A stretch of DNA of 64,000 nucleotides from Mobula hypostoma (lineage: Eukaryota): assembly GCF_963921235.1 (NCBI RefSeq), contig NC_086100.1:199332001-199396000 (forward strand). Direction: 5' to 3'. Under the pieces are notes generated by a model, which did no database searches, was not told the origin of the DNA, and saw only the letters and a list, made by a program, of their open reading frames with translations. The position numbers and the translations under genes were made by a program. Positions 63,637-64,000 of this stretch are shown piece after piece; the first letter of the stretch is position 1; each line of letters opens with the position of its first letter.

Positions 63637-64000
63637 TGTCACAGTGACTGTGAACCCCACACAGAGGGCCTGTCACAGTGACCGTGAACACCACACAGAG
63701 CGTCTGTCACAGTGACCGTGAACTCCACACAGAGGGTCTGTCACAGTGACCGTGAATGCCACACAGAGGGTCTGTCACAGTGACAGTGAACGCCACACAG
63801 AGGGTCTGTCACAGTAAGTGTGAACTCCACACAGAGGGTCTGTTACAGTGACCGTAAACTCCACACAGAGCGTCTGTCACAGTGACAGTGAACTCCACAC
63901 AGAGGGTCTGTCACAGTGACCGTGAACTCCACACAGAGGGTCTGTCACAGTGACCGTGAACACCACACAGGGGGTCTGTCACAGTGAGTGTGAACCCCAC
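63637..64000. repeat. 34-bp tandem repeat running off the window end
   Basis: Unit tgtcacagtgaccgtgaactccacacagagggtc, about 10.5 copies visible. Confidence 0.95.

Noticed and set aside
63637..64000. CRISPR-like appearance of the 32-39-bp repeats (also 30774 and 39359)
   Set aside because: Head-to-tail repeats with no unique spacers, no cas genes and a vertebrate context

Overview
Vertebrate genomic DNA, by inference from a cartilaginous fish, probably a ray. The basis is shark/ray-type CR1, V-SINE/HE1-like SINEs, Rex1 and Penelope-derived repeats. The window is mostly transposable elements. (1) Minus-strand provirus ERV-A (7032-30429) has two LTRs, a tRNA-Ser PBS, a PPT, gag without an obvious CCHC knuckle, a UGA gag/pro junction and a gamma-type env. 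It carries a putative 2H-phosphoesterase (HxT...HxT) domain between protease and RT and has lost its RT core. It is inflated to 23.4 kb by a six-layer nest: ERV > CR1-clade LINE > full-length L1 > CR1 > hAT element > CR1 tail. (2) An older minus-strand provirus ERV-B (43271-52876, tRNA-Lys PBS) hosts Vingi-like, CR1, RTE-derived and SINE insertions. (3) The one convincing host gene is an intact apolipoprotein-L-like gene on the minus strand (main exon 54733-55792, with phase-compatible small upstream exons). (4) A CpG island with a higher-order minisatellite lies at about 39.2-40.1 kb. (5) There are several Penelope-type minimal hammerhead ribozyme motifs, and a terminal 34-bp satellite that is an array of RSS-like (CACAGTG + 12 bp) units. 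Family assignments come from motif recognition only; no database searches were run.
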